Assembly (NCBI GenBank): GCA_963754315.1
Contig: CAVWFS010000019.1
Location: forward strand, 1-64,000
From: an uncultured Candidatus Rokubacteria bacterium
Lineage (GTDB): Bacteria; Methylomirabilota; Methylomirabilia; Rokubacteriales; CSP1-6
Reading direction: 5' to 3'
DNA length: 64,000 nucleotides
The translations under genes and the position numbers were made by a program. Each line of letters begins with the position of its first letter. Position 1 is the stretch's first letter. The notes beneath the pieces were generated by a model. The model was not told the origin of the DNA. It searched no databases and saw only the letters and a list, made by a program, of their open reading frames with translations. This document shows, in pieces, positions 10,977 to 22,271 of this stretch.

Positions 10977-11233
10977 ACGTGACGTTGGTAGACGCCCCGG
11001 AGTTTTCGGTGAGCCCCTGAGGGGCACGGGCGTGATGCGAGCTGGCCCCTGCCCTTGTCGGCCTGCGCCAGAGCGCGCGGGATCGCTGTTGACCGCAGAT
11101 CTCGAGCGGCAGCCCCCGCAGCTTCGCTGACGCGAGAAGCGTCAACCCCCTCTCGGAACTCCTGACCAACCCGCGCGACACCTCTCACATTCCCGCCAGG
11201 TCTGTCGTTAGCACGTGATTTGACCGATCGCGT

Positions 11234-11437
11234 TTAACAAGTGATCTGACCGCTCTGAGTTCTCGCAAGGGCTAGGCGGCCTTGGCGCGGAGGGCGGTGG
11301 CCGTGGGCAGTGAAGCGGCCCACCCAGACAGCGCGGTCGGTGTAGAGGGCACCCGGGGATCCTGTGGGTGCGCAGGACTTGGCGCAACGCCGTCGGCCCC
11401 GGCCGGCGCTTTCGCCACCAGGCCCGGCGCTATGCAA
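11234..11437 (-). pseudogene. Short remnant of an rve-type (IS481/ISNCY-like) transposase
   Basis: LRQVLRTH(frameshift)...ALYTDRA..W resembles the segment around the second catalytic Asp of rve transposases. Confidence 0.4.
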
Positions 11438-11490
11438 GGCCGGCCTTAATGCCCTCAGAGGATGTGTTACCGAGCGCTGTTACCGATGCC

Positions 11491-12650
11491 TCACAACTGG
11501 GTTCCATGGGCCGCCTCCGGTGCGAGGCGATGGTGAGTGTCGGCTAATTTCCAGAGCACGTCGAGGGTGGCCTGGATGTCGTGGGCGAGCACGATGGCAT
11601 CGAGGGTGTGGAGTTGGGCGTCGAGCGGGCGCGCCGGGCAGCGGTCAGCAGGCCGGTGGCGCCCAGGCGCTGATAGGGGGTCTGGGGAGCGTTCATAGCG
11701 CTTACGGACTGTGCCGCCGATACGCTGCTTGTTCAGCAGCGTGCGCACGGGACGGAAGAAGTTGTGCTGGAGGCGGAGCAACGTGTACAGGCGCTGGAGC
11801 ACGGTGAAGGCGGCGCGCGATCTGAAGCGGTCGTAGCCCACCAGGCGGCGGACCGCCAGCCAGTTGCGCTGCTCGGCCCAGGCCTGATCGTTCTTGCGGT
11901 AGGGCCGCCCGCGCGTGCAGTGGATGCCTTCGCGGCGGCACCAGCCGAGCAAATGGGCGTTGAGGAACTCGCTGCCGCTGTCGCAGTGCCACTCGCGCAA
12001 GGGGAAGGGCAAGCGCGCGCGGATGAGGTGGACTCCACTGCTGACGCGGCGATGGCAGGCCCCAGATCGCCTGGACCTCGGTCCACGTCGTGGCCACGTC
12101 GACGGCGATGAGGATCGTGAGATAGAAGCCCGCGGGTGGAAGCCCCAAAGTGCAAGACGAGATCGACTGGCAGGGCGCCAAGGCGGACCCTGCCAGTCGG
12201 CTAGGTATGCAGGGGACCTGAGCGCGCAGCGGGTTGAGCGTACCCCGGTGGTGGCGGGGCGCACGGCCCCGCCGACGCCGCGCGGGGGCGGAGCAGACGA
12301 TCGAGCGTGGCTGGCTCGCCGCCCCCAACGCCACTTGCACGGGCGGCGGTACGGTCAAGCCATGATGCGAGACCAAGGCCGTAAGCAGGGTGGGGATCAG
12401 CGGCCATAAGAGCTTGCCGCACGGATAATCACTGGCCTCCCACACGCGCTCGAGTATGGGGAGCAACTCGAGCCTACTGGCGGCGGCGGCCGAGCGCCGG
12501 CGCCGCCCGGGCGTCTCGCCGCCCAGTCGGCGGATCGCCGCCTTCCGATGACACCCTGTGGTCCGGCCGTATCGTCCGGGATCCGCCCCTTCTCTCTTGA
12601 CCAGCGTGGACGAGAAGGTCAAGCATGCGAGCGCCGCACGTTGAAGCTCG
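11491..12650 (-). mobile_element. Degraded IS transposase (integrase-core, ISNCY-like)
   Basis: TTGCHRKAAIRRL, WEASDYPCGKLL, AVDVATTWTE, HCDSGSEFLN and RPYRKNDQAWAEQRNWLAVRRLVGYDR in several frames; ends not identified. Confidence 0.85.
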
Positions 12651-12757
12651 GGGGTAGAGCTGGTCAGGACGGTTCACCTAACGTCTCCCGCGCGGCTTGC
12701 CCGGTGCCGCAATCGACGATCCCTGGGACAGAGCTATGGTGGGGAAAGAGCAGGACG

Positions 12758-12797
12758 AAAAAGCGACGGGCGGCAAGAGGCTCTTGCCGCCCGTCGG
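12758..12797 (-). terminator. Intrinsic terminator for the two secreted paralogs
   Basis: Long GC-rich inverted repeat CGACGGGCGGCAAGAG/CTCTTGCCGCCCGTCG followed by CTTTTT on the minus strand, ~40 nt after stop 12837. Confidence 0.85.
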
Positions 12798-12836
12798 AGC
12801 TACGTAACTACCTGCTACTGTACCCTCTTCCCCGGC

Positions 12837-13804
12837 CTACCTCGCGCCGAGGACTGGAGGAATCGTGGACAATGCCTGTCCAGAGGCGTTGAACAACCGG
12901 CTGAAGGAGAACGCCCCCGCGGACAGCTCACCCTTGTAGCCCGTGAAGGAGGCCCCGAACGGGAAGGAGAACAACTCCGTGTACCACAGATTCACGAGAG
13001 AGTCGTCCTGCGGGTTGGGAGCCGTCAAATACGTCCCCGCGAACGCCGCCGTTGTTGCCAACGGCACCGCCGTGAGGCAATTACAGGCGATCTGCGTATC
13101 GAGCTGCAACTCTTCGTTGTTGTAGATGACCACCCGGATGCTATTGGTCAACAGTGGCGGCGCCGGGAATCCAGCAGCTCGCCGGGAGGAGGTTGACCAC
13201 CGGGCCCGGGCAGACAAGGAAGAGGGTTGTCGACACCGCCGCGGTGTTCTGCGGGTTGGTGAACGTCGCCGCCGAGCGCAGCGGACTGTAGGTCTGCTGG
13301 GTAACCGTCTCCGCCGAGCCGACCGCGATCGGATCAACCTTGTTGATGTGATCGTTCGCAAAGCTCACCCAGTGTCCCCGCGAGTGAATCGGGCCTGCGA
13401 ACAGGAAGTCGGGTGCGGCGAACGGGAACTGCGGGATCGGAACCAGGTTAATCCCGTCGCTGGTCCGAGCAATCGCCACTAACCCCGTTGACGGATCGGG
13501 AACACCGAGGATGTCGGAGTCAATCAACGCAATCCCGTTGATGGTCAGCGGGACCGCCCTCGAGATCAGCCGGGTACAGGCGGCGTTAAAGAAAATGGCG
13601 TGCAGCGTACCGGCATCGTTGTTGAAAAACACCGGTGACGTTAGCTCGATGAGCGTGAAGTCCGCGTCCGACGCTCCAGTACGGCTGGATGACCGCGGAC
13701 GAGATCAGGCCGAGTGGGTCGCCCGTGCCGTTGCTCTGGGCGGCCACCTCACCGGCTAAGGTCATGAAAACCAAGATCGTCAGCCCTGCCACGAATCTCC
13801 TCAT
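12837..13804 (-). CDS. Secreted hypothetical protein, paralog of 13904..14905 (frameshifts ~13675 and ~13180)
   Basis: GAGGAGG RBS, signal peptide; NGTGDPLGLI, FNAAC.RLISR, QTYSPLRSAA, CP, CxC, YTEL and FTGY shared with the upstream gene. Confidence 0.8.
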
Positions 13805-13903
13805 CACTTCCCTCCTCGCGCTATTCCGTCCACGCGTCGCTCGTAAGCCGGCTGGGCGTTCACCCCGTCGGCATATCTCCACCAAGCGTGCCACACGCCC
13901 AGC

Positions 13904-14905
13904 CTACCGAAGTCCAGGGGTGAAGTTCGGGGCAGACAACCCGATGAACTCGTCCCCAGCGTTTCGGTAGTTGTACGCGGCTCCATTGTTCAACCGGCCG
14001 AGGCTGTCAAGGACCCCCACCACAGTCACCGCGCGATAGCCGGTGAAAGCGGGAGGATTCAAGGCGATGGCAGGAGGCGCGGCCAACCCATTGACGCTAT
14101 ATGTCACCAACTCCGTGTAGGTGAGGAAACTCGGGGCCTGAGCAGCATACAACGAACTGATGCTTGCCAACTGGAACATGGTGCTGCAGGTGCAAGGCAG
14201 GAAGAAGTCGAGAATGAAGTTCTCAGAGTCGTCGTACAGGAAGCCGAACAGGGTGGAAGCGGACAGCGGCGCCTGCGGGAACACAGGCGGGAAGAGCCCG
14301 GCCTCTTGGTAGACGGTCTGCGTCGGGCAGATAAGGTGTATCGTGCTGACAAAGGGCGCTACGTCCGCCGGCGCCACAAAGGAGGCAGCCGACCGTAATG
14401 GACTGTAGGTCTGCTTGTCGGCGGCAATCGCAACACCCGTTTCGGCCGAGTCAACCGCAATGGTGTCCACCACGCGAACAAAGTCCTGCAGGGTGTTGAT
14501 CCAGTACCCCCTCACGTGAATCGCCGCCTGGGCCGGAATCGGAGTCAGCGTGACAGAGTTGACGGTGCGTCCGATCACCGCTAAGCCGTTCACGTTCCCA
14601 GCCGGGCCGAGGCCGGCCAGGTCCACATCCGGCGAGAACACGATGGCGCCCTTGCGCGAGACAAACTTTGGCCTCGAGATGAGGCGGTTGCAGGCCGCGT
14701 TGAAGTAGATGACATGCAACTGGTTGTCATCGAGCGGCGAGGTCACCTCGATGAGGGTGTCATCCGGGCCGGTAGAGAAGAACGGCTGGATCGCCGCCGA
14801 TGCGATCAGCCCGAGTGGGTCGCCCGTGCCATTGTTAGCGGCGTTGGCCGACCCGACCATGAGCACCAGCGCCATACCGACTAACACTCCAATGATTTTC
14901 CTCAT
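13904..14905 (-). CDS. Secreted hypothetical protein, 333 aa; candidate major surface (S-layer) protein
   Basis: Intact ORF, GGGGGAGG RBS, Sec signal ending ANA-A, four Cys, no family recognised; strong promoter and long leader. Confidence 0.85.
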   Translation of the reverse strand: MRKIIGVLVGMALVLMVGSANAANNGTGDPLGLIASAAIQPFFSTGPDDTLIEVTSPLDDNQLHVIYFNAACNRLISRPKFVSRKGAIVFSPDVDLAGLGPAGNVNGLAVIGRTVNSVTLTPIPAQAAIHVRGYWINTLQDFVRVVDTIAVDSAETGVAIAADKQTYSPLRSAASFVAPADVAPFVSTIHLICPTQTVYQEAGLFPPVFPQAPLSASTLFGFLYDDSENFILDFFLPCTCSTMFQLASISSLYAAQAPSFLTYTELVTYSVNGLAAPPAIALNPPAFTGYRAVTVVGVLDSLGRLNNGAAYNYRNAGDEFIGLSAPNFTPGLR

Positions 14906-15107
14906 TACCTCCCCCTTGCGTGCACGACTTCTGCTTCGTTACGACCAGGTTCAGAATCAAGCAGTTCAGCAACAGCCCCGGTAACTACAGGACCCTCGTC
15001 GGTTCGTCACCAGTGTCGAATCACCCCCTCGCGCGATTCCCGCCTGCCCCCTCTCTGGCAAGCGGGACCCGCCGACGCAGGACCCCACCAGACTTCCAGA
15101 GAGTGAC

Positions 15108-15137
15108 ATGCTAAGGAAGAGAAATGATACATGTCAA
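15108..15137 (-). promoter_or_regulatory. sigma70-type promoter for the 333-aa secreted protein
   Basis: TTGACA (15137-15132), 18-nt spacer, TAGCAT (15113-15108), with an AT-rich stretch upstream, in a GC-rich genome. Confidence 0.75.
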
Positions 15138-15148
15138 GAAAAATACCC

Positions 15149-15659
15149 CTACTGCTGGGTCGCTCCCGACATCGCCGGAGAGGTCTGCTGGTCGGCGCGC
15201 CGATACCAGACCCCCTCCACCTTTATCCAAGCGTCCGGTACCGTCTGGGTCTTCACCACCGGTTTCGACTTGCTTTCAGGTAGCGTGATCCGCGCGATGA
15301 CCTTCACCTGAACGCTGGCGAAACTGCCTTTGATATCGGCATCTCCGACGTCGTACCCGAGATACTGAATCGCCCCGCGACCCGCGGCATACTCCTCCGC
15401 AGTGATGCGCCCCTTCAGTCGAGGCTCCGACAGCTCCCACTGGGTCCGGTAGTCCCTGGCCACCCGAGCCGCCCAGTATTCAGCCGCTCGCTGACGGAGC
15501 GCCACGGTATCGTCCTGGCCGGCCGGGGTGCTGGGCGCCGGACCCGGGCCTGTCCCCTGAGCGGTCGACACCCCTGCATCGAGCCCGATGGCCAGGACCG
15601 TGAGCACGAGCCCGAGCAGCCGGCCGAACGTGGTGCAGCGCCATTCGCTTGCGAGTCAT
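15149..15659 (-). CDS. Small exported hypothetical protein (frameshift near N-terminus)
   Basis: ATGA overlap with upstream stop; signal-like region; LRQRAAEYWAAR...DAWIKVEGVWY suggests an NTF2-like fold. Confidence 0.7.
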
Positions 15660-16753
15660 GACAGAGTCAGTCCGTGCCGGGCGTGACATACATCCCCCAC
15701 GAGTTGTTGGTAGGCTTCGAAATGCCGAGGCCGAAGCTTGGCGAGATCCAGCCTGCCGACTTCGCCGAGCAACCTCCGGGTCTCGGCGATGGCCGTCTGC
15801 CGCCGCCCCTGCTGGGTCTCGGAAAGCACAATAACCTTGCGACGAGTGGCAAGGGCCAGACACTCTTCCGCGTGTCCCAAGAGCTTGAGCTTCGCATCGA
15901 GGTGCATCAGCGACGCGAACGGGGTCGGCTTCTGTGCTGCGTAGAAGCGATCGATCAGGTCGATGTCGGCCCCCAAGCGCCACACGAGCAGATCAACCTG
16001 CTGGCGTAGGCGTTGACCCCGGCCATTCGAGGCATAGCCGGCATGGGCGGCCGCGATAAGCCCATAAATGAGGTGGGTACCTCCGCACGCGAGCTCGTGG
16101 ACAGGAGCCCGCGCGGAAAGCGAGCGCCCCTGCCTCATCGCTTCGCTCACGGACGCGGAATCGCGCTCCAACGCCTCGAGGGCGCTCCCGACCACGGCGT
16201 CGAGGTCGACGGGCTCGCCCCAGGCATTCGTCCACCGAGCTCGGAGCGGTGAGGTCGTGCGGGTCAAGGCGGTGATGGTCCACGCCATCTCGCTCGGCGG
16301 TTCGTGCTCGGGTCTCAGAAGGAGCTTTGCCCCATCGACAACATCGGCCAGGGTGCGGCGCTGGCCCTTGTGAGAGAAACCGTGGCTCAGCGGAACGCCC
16401 GCCTCGAGTATGGTCTTCAGAAACATGTTGGGATGGATCTCGACCGTCCGCGGGACACCGAGGATCGTCCGCCCGTTGACCGTGACCGCGGTCACCTGCT
16501 CCTCCAGCAGAAAATCCACCGCACGCCGCCCACCCTGGATCGTGAAGTCGCGCCCCATGGCCCGCAACCCGTGCGAGACACCCCAAGGGTCGAGAGGCGT
16601 CGTCGCGTGCTCGCGAATGACGTCGATGCCGTCGTGACTCTGCGCGGACGCGTCGCGGCTTCCGATGAGCCCGACCAGGCCGGCGCCCAGCATCAAGAAC
16701 CGCCGACGGCTCTGGACGGGCTCGCACCCCGAGGGGAAAAAGGGCTCCACCAC
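15656..16753 (-). CDS. Tat-exported hypothetical protein, 365 aa
   Basis: SRRRFLML followed by a hydrophobic stretch and ASA; intact ORF tightly coupled to neighbours. Confidence 0.75.
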   Translation of the reverse strand: MVEPFFPSGCEPVQSRRRFLMLGAGLVGLIGSRDASAQSHDGIDVIREHATTPLDPWGVSHGLRAMGRDFTIQGGRRAVDFLLEEQVTAVTVNGRTILGVPRTVEIHPNMFLKTILEAGVPLSHGFSHKGQRRTLADVVDGAKLLLRPEHEPPSEMAWTITALTRTTSPLRARWTNAWGEPVDLDAVVGSALEALERDSASVSEAMRQGRSLSARAPVHELACGGTHLIYGLIAAAHAGYASNGRGQRLRQQVDLLVWRLGADIDLIDRFYAAQKPTPFASLMHLDAKLKLLGHAEECLALATRRKVIVLSETQQGRRQTAIAETRRLLGEVGRLDLAKLRPRHFEAYQQLVGDVCHARHGLTLS

Positions 16754-16759
16754 GACCTA

Positions 16760-17234
16760 CTACTTGCTCCCCTGCAGCTTGTTGCCCTGGAGCAAGCGGT
16801 TGAATCCCTGACTCGGGTACAGCGCTTTGAACTCGCTAACGCGGGCGCGACCGGCTGCGATCTTCTCCTCCGGAAGAGGCGCCGCGGCCGGTGGCGCCGC
16901 CTCTGTCGAGACTGCCTGTCCGGACGGCTGGGAGGCAACGTCCGGCGCGGAGGCAGAGAGCCGGACGACCAGCGGGCCAGTGGGGCCCGTCAACTCCACG
17001 CGATCCTCACGAATCTTGAGAATCCGATACGGTCCAAGGCGATCACCCTCGCGAACCCGGACGAAGTTGTCCTTGGTGTACGTCGGTTCACCGATCCACG
17101 CAATAGCTCACATCCTGGCGTATCACGACTCCCATGATACTGAACCGCGGTTGCTCCTGTGCGGGAGCCACGCTGGGAGCCAGCGAAACCACACACAGCG
17201 TGACCAGAGCGAGCACACTTTTCTCCCAATACAT
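16760..17234 (-). CDS. GspC/PilP-like exported protein (frameshifted)
   Basis: Signal peptide; FSIMGVVI...AWIGEP...VRVREGDRLGPYRILKIREDRVELTG when the frames are joined; Pro/Ala-rich tail. Confidence 0.55.
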
Positions 17235-17370
17235 GGCGAAGAAGCCTCCTTCGTGAGAGAGCGCTATTGTCATTCGCGAGCCTCAGATTGCGCAATGAAG
17301 CTTGGCTATCGGAAACGTAGTGATTGTATCCCGAAGCAGACAGCCCGGTGGTAGCGAAAAAACTGCCGCG

Positions 17371-19741
17371 TTATGGCAAAAGGCTCTCCACGAGATCCCG
17401 TGCCGCGGGAGGCGCCAGCTCACGTGCCGATTTGGCACTACGCTGCGATTGCTGGAAATCACCTAACTGCCAGCAGCTACGCGCCAAAACTGCCCAGGCC
17501 AACCACGATTGCGGATCGACAGCCAGAGCGTTCTCGGCCAGTCGCCTCGCACCCGTGGGATTCCCGGTCTGAAGCACCGCAAATGCCCACTGGCTAAGGA
17601 TTTCTGGATCCCCAGGACGTAGTCGGTTTGCCTCTGAGAAGTCCTGAAGGGCCTCGCCGAATTCCTCGGGGTAACCGGCCGTGGCGCGGCGGAGCGCAAC
17701 TTGCGCGCTCAGGCGCCACAAGTCGCTGCGGGACGGCACGTGCCAGCGGGCGCGGGCAAGCTTGCGCTGCACTTCCTCGAGCCAATCGGCCCTTTGAGCG
17801 GGGCCTGGGGCTGAGGCGGCCAATCGCAAAGAGACGTTGGCCGCCGCCTCGGCGGGGAAAGGCACCCAGGGGACAAGCTGACTCGAGCGAATGAATTCGC
17901 GGCGGGCCGTCACGAGATCGCCCGCGATTCCGCGTCGGGTCCCCGCCGCGTACGCCATCGAGCCGAGGAGCGCATACGTGCTCCCCACGATCATGAGCCC
18001 CACCGCCGCCCCGCTCGCGACAAGCGCGAGCGACCTCCACCGTCGGTGGCGACCCACGGTTGCCCCCCCTTGAGCACGCCGGTCGACCGATGCGGACGCC
18101 CACGGCATGGGGAAGGGCGCAGTGAGGACCGCCGCCCCCATCCAGAAGATCGCCCGCGGCATGGGTGATGCGATGCCCACCAGTCCTTCGACGGTTTGCC
18201 CGACGACCGCGGCCAAGCAGCCTAGGCGCATCCCGGCTTCGAGGGCGCCCTGAGCGGAGTAAAGGCGAATCACGCCGACAGCGAGGATGCTGCCCACGGA
18301 GGCAAGCCAGAGCAACACGCCAATCGTCCCCGTCGTCACCAAATGATCAAGCAACTCGTTGTGCGCTCGATCGAACCTATAGATAGCTCGCCACTCCTGT
18401 TGTCCGGTCGTCAATTGTCCCGTGATCAACGAGCGGAGCTCGGGAGGCAAGAAACGGTCGAGAATAAGGATCTGGGTCTCCGGTCCATAGCCAACCAGGG
18501 CCCGCGGCGTCGGCCCGAGTCCAGGCAACACGTCGTCGCCGGCCAACTGCTGACGCCAGCGCGCGAGGATTCCCTCCCACAGACGCAGCCGGACCCACTC
18601 TGGAGAGCGCACCCGCAGCTCGCCCATTGACCCCAGCCGGCTGAAGAATTGGACCTTCTTCAGCCCCTTGCAGCGGTGAGTCAGCGAGATTCAGGACGCC
18701 GACGAACAGGATGACGACCAGAACACCACTCCCGAGAATGGCCAGCGTTCTCTTGGCCCTTCGGGCCACCAGCAGGACCGTAGCGCTGGCGACGAGGCCC
18801 GCAAGGAGACCGACCAGCGCCCCGCGCGCGGTCGAGAGCACAAGGATCAGCGCTTGGGCAGCCATGAGGCTTCCCAGCATGGCCAGCCTCCAGGTCGACG
18901 GCAGGCTGGCTCGCGCAGGTGACGGAGCCCAGCTCCATGCAATGGCGCCGGCCACGCTCAAGCCGAGAGTCACCCATAACCCACCCCATCCGTGCCATCC
19001 CGACCCCAGGACACCGACGAGTCCCGTGGCCCAAGCCGCCGCCACGGCGACGTGGATTCCCGGGAGCGGTTCGCGCTGACGTCGAGCGATCATGACCCGT
19101 GCCAGCCCGAGGGGGATGAGCGCAATGAGGTAGCTCCCGAGAAAGATGTGCTGGCCGAGAGTCGAGCGGACTCGGATGTCAACCGTGGCCGGATCCCACG
19201 CTGGAGGAAACGGATCCCATCCCCATGCCTGCCCGAGGGCGAGGGCAACGACGGGAAGGCTCCCGATCAGAGCGCGATCGACCAGACTGCAGGCGCCGCG
19301 GAGCGTGCGGACTTCTGCCTGCACCACGAAAAACAGGGCAAACGTCGCGAGAAAGCACGCGAAGCCGAACCCTCGACCGAAGACCCCCCAGAAGCTCTGG
19401 CCGGGCGCCACCGATAGGGCGGTGGCGAGCGCCCACCAGGACCCATAGGCCACGAGAATCCAGCGAACAGCGCGTAGCGCGCCATCGGGCCGCACCGACG
19501 GCGTGGGCGTGGCCCCGAGCACACGACCGGCGACCCAGGCGAGTCCGGTGAGCCCGACGAGAGACACCAGGGCCCACGCCTTCGGTTCGTCGTAAGGGCC
19601 CATGGCCCCGACGAGCACCAAGGATGGGATCGCGAAGAGCAGGATGGTGAGGCCGACGTCCACCAGTCGGGTTGCGGTTCCCGCACCACTGCCGACGGCG
19701 GGTGGCTGGCGGCCATCGCGAGGTCTTGCGCGCGGGCTCAG
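17371..19741 (-). CDS. O-antigen ligase-like (Wzy_C) membrane protein with C-terminal TPRs (frameshift ~18650; start uncertain)
   Basis: Many TMs; RVRSTLGQHIFLGSYL, STARGA, RLRLW, GYGPET, DRAHNELLD; TPR-like helical C-terminus. Confidence 0.85.
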
Positions 19742-21149
19742 GTGGCGCCTTTGCCGCTGAGAACGCAGGGAATCGTCTTCAGGAGGATCCTGAGGTCGAG
19801 CAGGAGTGACCATTGGTCGACGTAGAGGAGATCCATGCGCATCCACTCCTCGAAATCCACCATATTCCGACCGCTCACCTGCCAGAGGCCCGTGATGCCG
19901 GGGCGGACGGCCAACCGCCGACGCTGCGCGCCCTTGATACGGCTGGCCTCGTAGAGAGGAAGGGGCCGGGGTCCAACCAGACTCATATCCCCCGCGAGAA
20001 CGTTGGCGAACTGGGGCAGCTCGTCAAGGCTCAGGCGGCGCAGGAAATGCCCGACTGCCGTGCGGCGTGGATCCGCGGCGGCCTTAAAGACCGGACCGCT
20101 CATCGCGTTGAGATGAATCACCTGATCACGCATGTCTTCTGCCCCCGCCACCATGGTCCGGAACTTGTACATATCGAAGCGCCGTCCATGGAAGCCAGCG
20201 CGCACCTGGCGAAAAATCACCGGCCCCGGCGAGGTGAGCTTGATGACGATGGCCACCAGCAGAAGGAGAGGTGAGCTGACGACGAGCAGAAACGCCGCGG
20301 CCACGATGTCGACAAGCCGCTTGACGAAGAAGGCCCCCTGCCGGGTGAGGCTCGGAGAGAAGCCGTAGAACGGCAGGGTAAACAACTCCTCCACGAACGG
20401 GTGAGCGTGCGCCGGCCGATAGAAGTCCACGAGCACGCGGGTGTCCACGCCGAAGTTCTCACAGGTCTCGAGGGCGTCTGTGATGCGGTCGAGCCGGTCG
20501 GCGGACACGGCGAAGAACACCTCGTCGACAACGTCGTCGCCTTGAAGCAACTCAGCGAGGTCCTGGAGGGAGCCGATCACCGGTTCGCCCCGCACCGTAT
20601 ACCCGGGCTCTTCGGGATCGAGGCTGACGCAGCCGCGTATGACCCACCGCGCCTCGGGGTAGCGGCGCAGGGCCTCGATGACACTCGCGGCCCGATCGTC
20701 TGTTCCCACCACGAGCGCGACGTGCACCCACCGGTCGGCTCGCTGCGCGCGTAGCCAGTCCCTGACGAGACCGCGCGCGGCCCATATTCCCACCCCGCTG
20801 ACGACGGTGAAGAGCAGGAGCAAGCTCCGGTTGACCTCGCTCTCCTGGACGAGGAACAGCAGCGCGGTCAGGACGAGCAGACCAAGCGTGCTCACGCCGA
20901 TCGCCAGCCCAGCCCGCGAGCGGGTCGTCCACGTGAGCCCGTAGCCGCCGAGGAGAGCGACCCCCCCAGCCAGACGGGCACGATCAGGGTGAGGAGCCAG
21001 AGATAGTACGCGAGAGGGCCGGCCGCTCGATCGAGGGGCGCGTTCAGCGCGACCCGCAGACCGTAGGCAACGAAGAATGCGGCGAGGAGGACGACCGTGT
21101 CGCCCCCGAGCAGCCACAGAGTCCAATGTAAGCGCCGTTTGCCGAGCAT
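19738..21149 (-). CDS. Priming undecaprenyl-phosphate sugar-1-phosphate transferase, WcaJ/WbaP family (frameshift ~20965)
   Basis: [50 protein letters not shown]. Confidence 0.9.
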
Positions 21150-22271
21150 CAGGACTTCACCCCGACGACCTCCAGCAGGAGTTGCTCGTAGGCCTCCGTG
21201 ACGGCGTCCCACGAGTAGTGGGCGCGAACGCGCTCGCGAGCCGCGGCGCCGCGTACTCTTCAACCAAGTCGGGATCCTTGAGCGAGCCGCTCGAGCACAC
21301 GCAGCAGGCTGGGGGCTCCCACGTGGCCATCGTAGCTGAACCCCGCATCGGCAATCGTCTCGAGGTTCTCGGCTGTATCGTTGGCTACCACGCACGTGCC
21401 AAAACCCATCGCCTCGACCAGAGCCGGATGCGTGCCTCCCACCTCGGAGGTTTCCACGAAGCAGTACGCGTTGGAGGCGAGCTCGCGGTAGCCCTCCCCG
21501 AACAGATAGCCGGTGAAGATCACCCGCGGATCGGCGCTCGTCCGCAGTGATCTGATATAGGCTTCCGCGTAGGGAGCGTCTCCGACCACCACGCACTTCA
21601 TGTCGGTGGCCAGCCCCGCGAACGCCGCCACCAGGTGATGGGCACAGTTCTCCGGGACCAGCCGCCCTACGAAGAGGATATAGCGGCGGGGGGCAAGCCC
21701 GTATCGAGCGAGGAAGGGACCAGGAGGCCGTGAGTTCGGGTCTGCGCCGTAGGCAATGTAGGTCGAATCGGCTCCGTAGCGTGCGCGATAGTACGCTTGC
21801 ACGCTTCGGGATCGGTGATCACCCGGTGCGGCAGGCGCGTCGCCCACCATTCGCAGGTCGCGGATGTAACCAGCGGGCGATGCGGCCCCACTTCTGACGC
21901 TTCCAGTCCAGCCCGTCGACGTTGAGCACCACCCGCTGCCCGGCCAGGCGAGGAATCCAGACGAGGGCGGCGTTGCCCACGTTGAAGAAGAGGATGACGT
22001 CATAGGGGCGCCCGAGCGCGTGGACACACGACAGGAACGAGTGGGTAATCGTGTCGAGATGCTTCTGCCGGATGGTGGGCAGCTTCACCAGCCGCATGCC
22101 GCGGTACTCTTGTCCCCGGTAGTCGATGTGCGGAACGCGGCAGTACACCGTGACCTCGTGGCCGCGGGCGGCCAGGCGCGCTCCCACTTCCTCGACGCAG
22201 GTTTCGAACCCGCTGTAGCTCGCCGGGACACCCCGCGTGCCCAGCATGGCAATCCGGCAGCGGCGCGTCAC
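21149..22271 (-). CDS. GT4 glycosyltransferase, DUF1972/WchF-like (frameshifted)
   Basis: IAMLGTRGVPASYSGFET, NVDGLDWKRQKW, FVGRLVPEN, GGTHPALVEAM. Confidence 0.85.
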
